From Bugula neritina (lineage: Eukaryota > Animalia > Bryozoa): a stretch of DNA of 64,000 bases. The stretch covers positions 5,054,662 through 5,118,661 of the forward strand of contig OZ037770.1 of the NCBI GenBank assembly GCA_964035545.1, read 5' to 3'. Under the pieces are notes generated by a model, which saw nothing but the letters and a program-made list of their open reading frames with translations, did no database searches and was not told the origin of the DNA. Positions 37,460-49,900 of this stretch are shown here, one piece after another. Position 1 is the stretch's first letter. Every line of letters starts with the position of its first letter. The position numbers and the translations under genes were made by a program.

Positions 37460-40400
37460 TGTAATGCGTAGCGTCCATCATCTACTCGGCCTTCTAGTAT
37501 CTGCCTACTACGCTACTAACATACGCTATAGACAACGGGAAGAGCCTAGTAATTAGAGCTGACAGCTATCACCCTTGAGTAGCCGGCAGTCAGCCAGTGG
37601 ATTAGTTATAGTTAGGTTATGTATGCTCTGTCTGATTTATGTAGTGTGTTTTTGTAGTTATTGTATAGTTTTATTTCTGTATCTTGGCACTAAATAAACA
37701 CATATAATCTACTTTAACTTGGCGGTGTTGCATTACTTCAAATACTCAAATAATTAGTGAATGCGCAGTTTCACAATAGTGGTGGCAGCAGTGGGAATAA
37801 TTTAAAACCAATGCTCATAGCCAAAGAGTAGGAAAAGATTGCCAACAAAGAGGACATACCCCATCAGGAGCGAGTCAATCCGGCAGCTATGGAAGATGTC
37901 ATAGGAGTCCCAGCGCTGCCTATGGACAGGTATCAATTTCGGGCTCCCATATATTCAGGAGAAGGGGATGTGGAGCAATTTATTACTGAGTTCAGTGATG
38001 TGGCAGCCATCTGTCAATGGCCTGCCACGGTTACTCTGATACAGTTGTGGTTATCCCTGACGGGGCCAGACAAACCTTATGGGATGGGTCAGGATGTCGG
38101 CAACGTCTGTGATGCATTGAGAGCCCGGTTTTGGCTCACCGCTCGAGATGCGCGTGTGCAACTCCAAGGACTTAGGAGGAATCCTAAGACTACTTTGAAA
38201 GAACACGCGACCGTAGTTGAGCAGCGAGCACAAATCACCTATGGCGACTTGCCTGCAAATGGCCAGCAGAGTCTGGTACTGGATTTTTTCCTCCAGTCTA
38301 ATAACAACTTCGGTTTGAAGCAACACCTGCTGGTAGCTGAGGTTGAGACGATGGAGAGAGATCTCAGGCTTGGGAATGTTTAGTTTCAAGCCGATAGTAT
38401 GTGTCGACCTAGAGCGACAGTACAGCAAGCAAGTTGAGGCCGATGTCGACATTTCGACGTCGTCGGCCAAGTCGGCTGTACATGTCGCCACGGCGGCAGC
38501 CAACGAGCCAACTAGCTTGACCACAACCTTTGTTCGAGAGCTGCTAGCCGAGATCAGGCTTCTGCGCCAACAGTCGACAGCTGAGCAACCCACCAGGTTG
38601 ACGACAGCTGTCGCCGGAAAGCAAGCCCCAGTATGCTGAGCACTTTGTACAATGCTGCCTCCATGATATAAGGAGGCAGTTAAATGACAACGGCCTACCG
38701 TAGACTCCAGCAACCGTGGGCCTCAGTTTAACCCTCTGAGGCCGAGGCCAAAGCCCAAACCCAATAGGGTAAAGATGCCGCCTTTGCCAGAGTAGCAAGT
38801 CCCACGGAGAGTTAGCTGGCCGCAAGGCTTGCGGAAACCTCCGGCTTGGACACTCAAAAACTGCTTTGGAGGCCTGCCTGAGGCGGGGGTGTACGACGAG
38901 TGGAAGCATGACCCTTTTCCTAGCATCGATAAGTCACCAGATGCCTTAGCTGGTAGCAAGTTCTTCATTACGCTGGACTTGCTAAGCGGGCATTGGCAGG
39001 TGCCCCTGAGTCCCGATGCCCCGGACAAAGCAGCATTCATTACTCGCGACAGGCTCTGAAAGTGGAAATTACTGCCATTTAGACTAACATTCGCCCCGGC
39101 AACTTTCCAAAGGCTCATGGAGAAGGTCCTCAGTGGATTACACTGGAAGACCCTCCTCAGATATCTGGACGACGTCATTGTAATCTCCCCAGACTTTTCA
39201 ACTCATGTCAGTTGTCTGTGGGAGGTTTTTGACCGTCTCCGGACAGCTGGACAGAAGCTGAAGCCCTCCAAATCTGCACTCCTGCAGCCGGAAGTCATGT
39301 ACCTGGGCCATGTGGTTGGCCTGACGGGGTTGCTACTGACCCGGAGAAGGTACAGGAGGTAAAGGAGTGGGCTGTTCCCCGTGACCTCCCTGAGTTGCGA
39401 GCATTCCTGGGCCTAGTAGGGTACTACCGGCAGTACATACCTGGCTTTGCAGGGGTGGCTCAGCCGTTAAATCGGCTGACCACAAAGGGGGTCCGGTGGC
39501 AGTGGACACAGGAGGAGCAGCAGGCATTTGACCACCTCAGGCAAGGGCTAATGGAGGCGCCAATTCTGGCGTATCCTGATCCAGCCAAAGAATACATCCT
39601 GGACACCGACGCCAGCGACCACAGTGTGAGAGCTGTTCTGTCTCAAGTTTAGGGTAGAAGTGAGGTAGTCATGGCTTACTACAGCAAGACTCTCGCAGCC
39701 GCCGAGAAGAACTACTGCACCACTAGGAAGGAACTCCTAGCAGTAGTCAAGGCGGTCAAGCACTTTCGGCCATATCTGTATGGGAGATCGTCCCGGTTGC
39801 GAACAGACCATGCATCACTGATATGGCTGTGTAAACGTGCAGAGCCCTTTAGCCAGGGGGCTCGTTGGCTAGAAATTCTTGTTGAGTTCTCTTACCGGAT
39901 AAAGCACCGTGCAGGCCGGAAGCATGGGAATGCCGACGGCATGAGCCACCGGCCGGTAGAGGACTGTAAGCAATGCCTGCACATTAAGAAGCGGAATTGG
40001 GGACCAGCTCGCCTTGACGTGGAAACAAAGTTAGAGGAGGGCGCCGTCTACTGGTGAGAGCATAGCCATCATCAGACCGAAACCCACCTAGACGACGTCC
40101 AAGCGCTCCATGCCAACCCCACTTTGTACCAGAATGTCAAGGAGTTGTGCTGACCCCAGGAGACGCTACTGGGCGCGGTAGAGGACATATTCCGGGGCAA
40201 GAAGAAAGGCCGACAACCTAGCGAGGACCAGCAGCGGCAGGGAGACGCTGAGTTCCAACTCCTCTGTTGCCGCTGGGATTCCCTCAAGGTCAGTCCTGAT
40301 GGCCTCCTCATGATAATGCTAGCAGCAGACAACCGTCAGCAGGAGAGAGACCGCGTCATCTGCCCACGCGCCCTCCGACGGGAACTGATTTAAGACACCC

Positions 40401-43256
40401 ATAAACAGGCTCATTCTTGAGTCAGTCAAGTCATCAGGTGTCTGCAGCTGCGTTGGTATTGGCTTGAAATGACTCGAGACGTACGACTGGGGTTACGTCA
40501 ATGCAAGGTCTGCCAAACTAGCAAGCATGGCCGCCCCACAGAAACCACTGGTCAACGCCGGCTATACGCTGGTCGACCGTGGCAAGTAGTGGTGGTAGAC
40601 CTCGTCAGGCCTATGCCATTATTTGCCAAAGGCAACACCTGGATAGTGGTGCTCATGGACCACTTTACCCGGTGGTTAGATGCTCTAACTATTCCAGATG
40701 CAACAGCCCCTACGGTGGCCCGGATCCTGGATCAAAATGTGTTCTGTTACCCCGGGTTACCCAAGCAGATACATACGGACCAGGGTGCCCAGTTTTGGTC
40801 CCAGCTGATGGGAAACCTTTGCTGAATATGGGGGGTGAACCAGAGTCGGACCACCCCATATCACCAGCAAGAGAACGGATTCGTCGAGCGGAACAACAGA
40901 ATGTTGGGTGACGCCCTGAGGAGCCTGCTCCTCGGTCGGGGTCAGGAAGAATGGGACGTGGTGCTCCCGCAAATCATGCGGGCTTACCGCAGCACACCAC
41001 ACTCCGCCACGCAGGAGATCCCAAATTTTCTGATGCTGGGCCGAGAGACGGGAGTTCCGGAACACCTGACATACCATGTTCCCGCCCCTGAGTTACGGGT
41101 ACATGAAAAAGTGGGGGGTCTGATAAAAATCATTGGCAAAGCTCATGATGCACTGCGTGCCCAGCAGTGGCAGACCCGCACGGAAGACTCAGAAGCGCTC
41201 CTGTTGTACCAGGTGGGAATCTGGGTCTGGATGGCGAGCTATTGCAGGCGGCGCGGACAGTGGGCTAAACTCCAGCCCAAGTTCGTCGGCCCCTACTGCG
41301 TAGTGGAGGTGCTGCCCAACAACACGTACCGTGTGGAGCGCTCTGGACAGGTTTCAGTCCAGAGCAAGCAGCACCTGAAACCTTACTATGCCAGCCCAGA
41401 CGCGGTGGGTCAGACTCCACCCCTCCTGGAGCCCAACAGCCAGTCCAACCGTCGGGGACGGGCCACCCAGCCCCGAGAGGCGAAAATTGTTGCAGATCAG
41501 GAGTAGGCCGCCTTGCTGGAACAGCTGGAACAGCAGCAAAGAGAGGAGTGGCAGCAAGAGCAGCAACAGGCCCGAGGGCCACCACCCTTTCTGAAAGAGG
41601 ACAACCCCACCCACGTGATGGGTGAAGGCGGGGACCCCCCTACTATGGCAGCCGAGAAACCACTGGCACCATCAAGGCCTGCTTCGACTGATAGGAGCCA
41701 GCGGTCGCGAAGACCCCCCAGATACCTGACAGACTTTGCTGTAGGGCATCTAGAGTCACCCCCTCATGATGGTAATCTATCCAGTCTGAATGACTACCAT
41801 ATCTTAGTCGGAAATTCCCTCCATTACCCCGGAAAATTCCACCAAGAAGAAAAAATTTCAGACTGAATTTCGGAGGGCATGCGATCGCACGAGTTGTCTT
41901 TTCGAAATCCGGTGGAAATTCCCAACAGGTCACGTAACACGGGCTTCGGCAAGTAATAACTCTGAAGCACGAGGTTCAGCCATTTCTACTTCTGACACCA
42001 CGCAGTTAGCACGCAATTCAAAAGTTAAATTAAATTCCAACTTTGACACTTCAAAAGTTAATTTGAACTCCATTCTTAATACGCTATCATCAGTCATGGG
42101 AATTACGTTACCAGAAGCTCAATCAGGTACTCCTTTAAGGTTAGATCCTCCGTGTACGGAGTCTAATCGATCTGATATAGACTGGTCAATATTAGATTCA
42201 TTAGCATCTAATTTTTTGAAACCTGAGGCCGAGATAGATCTCGGAGATGACCCTGCCCTCGACTTCTTGTTAGATCGAGACGTGGGCTCGGTCACTCTCT
42301 GTGACTCTTCTCGACCCCCAGTTTGTAACTTGGCTACATACAAACGTATGCCAAATTTTGGCAATAGTGAGACCGGCTTATCACAGCCTCTACTATCTGT
42401 TTTAAAGAAACGTATGGAAACCGAGGAGGTCAGTCAAACCGACTCCTCTCCCCCACCGGTTTCTGTTCCGGCTCTCCGCAGCCAAAAGGACGCCACTTCC
42501 TCTTCCGAGGTGTGTTTCACCAGCGTTAGTGGCCCTGATCCCAAACCGGTCGAGCTCCAGCTCGCCGCCGGGGAGGAGCACGGCATTCTACACGGTGACC
42601 ACCCCACAGGCGGAGACGAAGAGGATGCCCCAATACTGGCTCTGCCTCGGGCCCTGGTCGCCCGCCAGTATTGGATATCCGGAGCTACCAATCTTAAGAT
42701 TGGTCAGGCATGCGATGAGCCGGGCAACCGCATCTGCCATCAGGGTCAGAAGAAATTTTCCTCCGCACTGCGATTGCGGGTTCACGCCCCTCAGCACTAC
42801 ATTAATGTGTTTTGCCCGTGTGGTGAGTTTTTGTACCAGCGGGATTATGTGCTAAGGCACCAGCGCATATCTCGCTCCTACATGGGCTACAAATTTGCTG
42901 TAGACCAGGCTGCCTTTCACGAATTTCGGGACCTGGTGTTGCCACACGTAGCGGATTCCCATATGCGAGCTGCTCTTGCCCAGGGATTTCCCGCGTGTCG
43001 GCCTGTTCAGGAAGAAGAGGGGGAGCCCGTCGCAACACCCCAACCGGCAGCCACCCAACCACTTCGGGTCGTGCTGGCACGGGTCCGATCAGACGCCAAG
43101 GCCGATTCCTCGGACCTGGTTCCCCGACCCTTGGCGACGGGCAAGAAGCAGAGGCGACAGACCAGCCGTAGTACTACTGACCGCCCCAGGCGTCAGACGA
43201 CGGCTCAGCTGGACGAGGAGGTGCATAACTATGTAACTAGCTGCCACAAATGCTGA
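37460..43256 (+). mobile_element. Gypsy LTR retrotransposon 2, degenerate, 3' LTR missing
   Basis: 5' LTR about 37460-37778, PBS TGGTGGCAGCAGTGGG, gag 37889-38700, RT (LDLLSGHWQV, YLDD), RNase H (LDTDAS, TDH), integrase (TDQG, ERNNR, GPY), 3' zinc-finger ORF 42063-43256; protease deleted, many stops. Confidence 0.9.
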
Positions 43257-43951
43257 TATCTGCCTCCGACACAATTGGTTTCATTCGATTTAACCGAAGG
43301 AACCATTTCCATAATGCGCATAACGCGAAGGAAATTTTTCATCGAAGGAACCGTTCGGTGTAATTTCCGGCTGCGGTTTTGCTTCGATGCAACTGGTTCC
43401 ATAGAGCGAATGAGAAAATCCATTCGCATAATGCGATAATGGAAACGCAGTGTGTGTGTTAAACCACTACTATTGAATGCTGTCACACTGTTATATTTAA
43501 TTACCTTTTTGTATACAATTATATATGTGGCTGTATCTAGCTTTGTTTATCCCACTATATAGGTGATTGAAATATTCCAAAAATTCCTTCGATATGAGTT
43601 CTTTGCATTTTCCAGAAACTGTATCAAGTCAAATAAAAACCATCACTATCTGTTTAAGTCACAACTTATTCAACTTTAAAGTGTTAGATGCAAAGAAATA
43701 ATTGTAATGAATATATATTTATATATAATAAATTATATAAATGCCTGAGAAAGTTATCAAAGCCCCTGAATTAAATATGGTGACTTGATGTTTTGTTCAG
43801 ACTTTTCTGAGAAAATTTATGTATACTACAATACTGAAAAATAACAGGTGACCATATTTTATTACTTCATGTATAATAAATGTTTTAGATGGAGTTGCTA
43901 CACCTTAGTTGATACTTATTACCAAGAAAGAGACTCTACTATTTGGTAACC

Positions 43952-46900
43952 ATGGCAACAGCTGGTGAGTGAAATTGAATACTATTTTATTCACTTATTT
44001 CTTGAAAAGTAGTAATATTTAAACTCTAAAGATATGTTGATATTATGCCACCACCATTTAATATAAATATATAAAACTATTTTATTATCACTACTTCCTA
44101 TAATACTGTTTTATGTCACCATGCAAATAAGCGTAATACTGTGTCACCTATTAGTGTATTACTTCGAAAATAATACAATAGATAAAATTATGCAAGCAGT
44201 TGGGTTGAAGTTGTTTTATCTCAACACAATAAACACTGAACTATAAGCTATACATAAAGTGATTGGTTAAAAAAAATATAAAGCTATCTAATAAAATATA
44301 TGTTAGTCATTGTTATGATTACTGAAATCCACCATATAATGAATCTATTCAATCAGTAGATGACAGGTGTCAGAATGATAGACACCACCTGCTAGCACTG
44401 TGTAATAATCACACTGTTACTGTATTATGTTACAGATAATATGAGAATATGGTTCAGACATTCTGGACAGCCTTCTAAGAGCTTGTCAGATGTAGACAAA
44501 GCTTATACCAAGCCATATACTACTGCTGAGGTGAAACGTGAAGTTGGGAGTTATCATATCACAGATCTGGAAGTGGAAGGGGAAATTCCAAGTAACATTG
44601 GAGAGATTGCTGGTAGAGCCCTGTGTCTATATGTTTTTAAACTGAGTGACGGAGCAAGTCTAGACAAGTGAGTGTCTATTAAAATAGCTGTGGAAATGAT
44701 AAATGAATTCAATTGTGTTATTTATTAAATGATAATTGATAATAGATGCTGAAGTTAAAGCATCTTTTTGCTCATAATATATTCATACAATATAATATAC
44801 ATCAACATAGTAATATGTGCAACATTGTATGTAATCCAATTAAGCTTATAGTTGTAGAAACTAGGAAATGTAAAACTGCCTCTACTGCTACTTCATAATA
44901 TTGAATAAGTCATGTTTTATGTATATATAGCTAAAAGCTGGAGTAATGTACAGTTTATAATATATTATACAGAAGACTATGTTATGTCATCAACTGCAAA
45001 TTTACAATCTTAAACATTAGTTAATATATTAATTTACAGAGCATTGTAGAGTGAGGCCTTATGTACTATAAACTAACAGCTAACCTTGTATAATGAAACT
45101 TCCTCTCCTCACCTACAACATAATATAACTGAAACTCTTTGGTGTTTTTTGCATCAATATATCTGTTTCCTGCATGTTTTATGTTGAATACACAAGTAGT
45201 CCGATATAATGGTATATATTATTTTGATATATGACACACTTTATATCATGGTAAAAAACCTAAATATGCATATTCTTTGAAGTTATCTAATAGCTTGTCC
45301 TAACGTATAAATAATACAGTTTAATGGCATGCCATTGTATATCCTCATATCACAGAACTTTTCATAATCAATAATAAAACAGCCATCGGCAGTTTACTGG
45401 CAATCATGATAATAATTGAATCCTTCTTAGCTTCTTGCATCAATCACTTTGATTATCCATTACTCGAATGAATTTGTTTTCTGCATTTTTTACCTGGCTG
45501 ACTGTGCTTAGCAATATAACATGTACAGCGTATATTAATATGACACAGGAGACTACATATATTACACACTTTATATTACAGTCTATGCCAGCTGACTCAG
45601 TTAGAGAAACTAAACTTAAGTGGGAATCCTCTCAAGACAGTACCAGAAGTTGTGTCATTATTAACATCACTTAAAGAGTTGTATATGTGGAGCTGTGATT
45701 TATCTACTCTACCTGAGAGGTTTGTGGAGCACAATCTTTTTTGTTTCTAACATTCAATGATTGACATGTTGATATAATGCTTGCCAAGTATTGCTAATTA
45801 GTATGTCACTATGTATTGTTGAAAAGCATAAAGTTAAGTTACATATTTCTTGAGGCTATATAATATTAGAGTTTCTGAAAACTTGAAAATAATTAATTTT
45901 CAGTTTTCTGGCATTACATTTCCTATTACTATGAAACCTTCTCCAACAAATACTATAGCACTCGCTTATAGTTTACTAGAATCTATTTCACATTAAATGC
46001 TTATTAGGTTTCGGTATTTCACTTTGAATTTGCTTTGTTGCAATAAATATGTTTCTTGGATATTTTACTTGATTGAATACACAAGTAGTATATACTATTA
46101 TCATGATACAGTGGTTTAAACACATAAAAAACTTTATATTACAGCCTGTGTAAGCTGACTCAGCTAGAGAAACTAAACATAGGATATAATCCTCTCAACA
46201 CAGTACCAGAAGTTGTGTCATCACTTACATCACTTAAAGAGTTGGATATGTGGAACTGTAAATTATCTACTCTACCTGAGAGGTTTGTGGAACACAGTCT
46301 TTCTTGTTTCAAACACTCAATAATTCACATTTTGATATAATGCTTACCGAGTATTGGTAATTAGTATGTCACTGTGTGTTGTTGAAAAGCATAGAGTTAA
46401 AAGTTACATATTTCTTGAGGCTATATGATATTAGAGTTTCTGAAAACTTGAAAATAAATAATATGTTTCAGTTATCTGGCATTACATTTCCTATTACTAT
46501 GAAATCTTCTTCAACAAACACTATAGCACTCGCTTGTAGCTTACTAGAATCTATTTCACATTAAATGCTTATTAGGTTTCGGTATTTCACTTTGAATTTG
46601 CTTTGTTGCTATAAATATGTTTTTTGGATATTTTACTTGATTGAATACACAAGTAGTATATACTATTATCATGATACAGTGGTTTAAACACATAACACAC
46701 TTTATGTTACAGCCTGTGTAAGCTGACTCAGTTAGAGAAACAATACATGGGATGGAATCCTCTCAACACAGTACCAGAAGTTGTGTCATCACTCACATCA
46801 ATTAAAGAGTTGGATATGTGGAGCTGTGAGTTATCTACTCTACCTGGGAGGTTTGTATTGCACAATATTATCTCTGTTTCAAACATTTAATATTTCACTT

Positions 46901-49900
46901 CTTTAATGCTTATCAAGTAGTGTTATGCTAATTTATTATATATTGCCAACGTATGTTAAAAAACCTAAATATGCATTTTCGAACTTGTCCAATAGTTTGT
47001 CCTAAGGTGGAAATAATACAGCCTTATGGTATGCTATTGTATATCCTTATATCACAAGAACCTTTTGTAATGAATAATAAAACAGCCATCTGCAGTTTAC
47101 TGGCAATCATGGTAATAATCGAATCTTTCTTAGCTTCTTGCGTCACGCATTTTGACTATCCATTACCGCAATGAATTTTTTTTTGCATTTTTTACCTGGC
47201 TGACTGTGCTTAGCAATATAACATGTATATTATCATGTGTATTATTATGACACAGTAGACTACATATATCATACCCTTTATAATTATTGCAGTCTATGCC
47301 AGCTGACTCAGTTAGAGAAACTAGACATAAGATGGAATCCTCTCAACACAATACCAGAAGTTGTGTCATCACTCACATCACTTAAAGAGTTGAATATGAA
47401 GCACTGTGAATTATCTACTCTACCTGAAAGGTTTGTGGAACACAGTCTTTCTTGTTTCAAACACTCAATAATTCACATGTTGATATAATGCTTACCAAAT
47501 ATTGCTATAATTAGTATGTCACTATGTATTGTTGAAAAGCATAAAGCTCTTAATCGCATATTCCTTGAGACTATATGATATTAGAATTTCTCAAAACTTA
47601 AAAATAAATATGTTTCAGTTTTCTGGCATTACATTTCCTATTGCTATAAAACCTTCTTCAACAAATACTATAGCACCCACTTGTAGTTCACTAGAATCTA
47701 GTTCATGTTAAATGCTTTTTAGCTTTTGGTATTCTACTTTGAATTTGCCTTGTTGCAATAAAGTTATTTCTTGGATATTTTACCTGATTGAATACACAAG
47801 TATGGTATAATATACAGTATATAATAATATCCTGATACAGTGGATTATATATATTATGCAGTCAATATTACAGTCTATGTCAGCTGACTCAGTTAGAGAA
47901 ACTATACATAGAAAAGAATCCTCTCAACACAGTACCAGAAGTTGTGTCATCACTCACATCACTTAAAGAGTTGGATATGAGGAACTGTGAATTATCTACT
48001 CTACCTGAGAGGTTTGTGGATCACAGTCTTTCTTGTTTCAAACACTCAATAATTCACATGTTGATAAAATGCTTACCAAGTATTGGGAATTAGTATGTCA
48101 CTATGTATTGTTGAAAAGCATAAAGTTATAAATTACATATTTCTTGAGGCTATATTGAATTAGAGTTTCTCATTACTTGAAAATAAATATGTTTCAGTTA
48201 TCTGTCATTACATTTCCTATCGCTATAAAACTTTTTTAACAAATATTATAGCATCCACTTGTAGTTTACTATAGTGTGTATTTCTCATTAAATGGTTATT
48301 AGAGCCTTCTGTACTTTACTATGAATATGCCTTAGCGTAATAAATTTGCTATTTGGATATTTTACTTGATTGAATATGCAGTGTTTGTTATGATACAATA
48401 AATTAAATATATCACATACTTCTTATTACAGTCTATGTCAGCTGACTCAGTTAGAGAAACTAGACATAGAAGGGAATCCTCTCAACACAGTACCAGAAGT
48501 TGTGTCATTACTCACATCACTTAAAGAGTTGAATATGGGGAGATGTAACTTATCTAATCTACCTGAGAGGTTTGTGTGCCACAACGAGTTTTATATATCA
48601 CTTTTAACATCCAATAATTGTTATTTTGAAGCAGATTTCAACACAGTAAATACTACATTAAGATGTTTATACTTTTTCTCTGCAAACCTACATATGAATC
48701 TCATCGTTTCTGGGGATATTGTCAATTAGCACACTATCTAGAAGTTTCCTCTGCTTCACAAGTTATTTTATAGTATTTCTATATCTTTTTGAATATTTCC
48801 CATGATAGGTTGACTGGGCTGTTTTTCAGAAATCGTTTTATTAACTCTTTTCATTATATTATAACTATAGCTACTTCTGTACACATAATATTATATTGTT
48901 ATGGTAACGCAGTTTCTTATCACTGTCTAATTGAATGCACAAGTGCTATATACAGTACATAATATTATCCTGATACAGTGGATTACATGTATTATGCACT
49001 TTATATTACAGTCTATGTCAGGTGACTCAGATAGAGAAACTAAACATAGGAGATAATCCTCTCTACACAGTACCAGAAGTTGTGTCATCACTCACATCAC
49101 TTAAAGAGTTGGATATGGAGAGCTGTGGATTACCTACTCTGCCTGAGAGGTTTGTGGAACACAGTCTTTTTTGTTTCAAAAACTGAATAATTCACATGTT
49201 TTTATAATGCTTACCAAGTGTTGTTAATTAATATGTCACTATGTATTGTTGAAAAGCATAAAGCTATAAATTGAAAAATTTTCTTGAGTCTATATGATAT
49301 TAGAGTTTCTAAACACTTGAAAATAAATATGTTTCAGTTATTAGGCATTACATTTCTCAATGCTATAAAGCCTTCTTCAACAAATACCATAGCATCCACT
49401 TGTAGTTTACTAGAATCTATTTCATGTTAAATGCTTATCAGCTTTCAGTATTTTACTTTGAATTTGCTTTATTGCAATAAGTTTGTTTCTTGGATATTTT
49501 ACCTGATTGAATACACAAGTATAGTATATACAGTATATAATAATATCCTGATACAGTAGATTACATATATTATGCACTTTATATTACAGTCTGTGTCAGC
49601 TGATTCAGTTAGAGAAACTAAACATAGCAAGGAATCTTCTCAAAACAGTACCAGAAGTTTTGTCATCACTCACATCACTTAAAGATTTGAATATGGGGAA
49701 GTGTAAATTATCTACTCTACCTGAGAGGTTTGTTTGTCACTACAAATTTTATATCATTTTCAACATTCAATAATTATTATTTTGTAGCAGAATTTCATCA
49801 CAGTAAATACTACATTAAGATGTTTATACTTTTTTTCTGCAAACCTCCATATGAATCTTACCGTTTCTGGGGATATTGTTAATTAGCACGCTATCTAGAA

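Noticed and set aside
43270-43460. Imperfect palindrome upstream of the copy B start
   Set aside because: Looks like a degenerate MITE; termini, TSD or a regulatory role cannot be established.
46376-47711. Recurring short ORFs (MLLKSIELKV..., MLKSIKLL...)
   Set aside because: They lie in duplicated type-X introns, and frames are not preserved among copies.
45582-49727. CRISPR-like or satellite interpretation of the periodic repeats
   Set aside because: Eukaryotic context; the period is about 570 bp and each unit has splice sites and a coding LRR exon.
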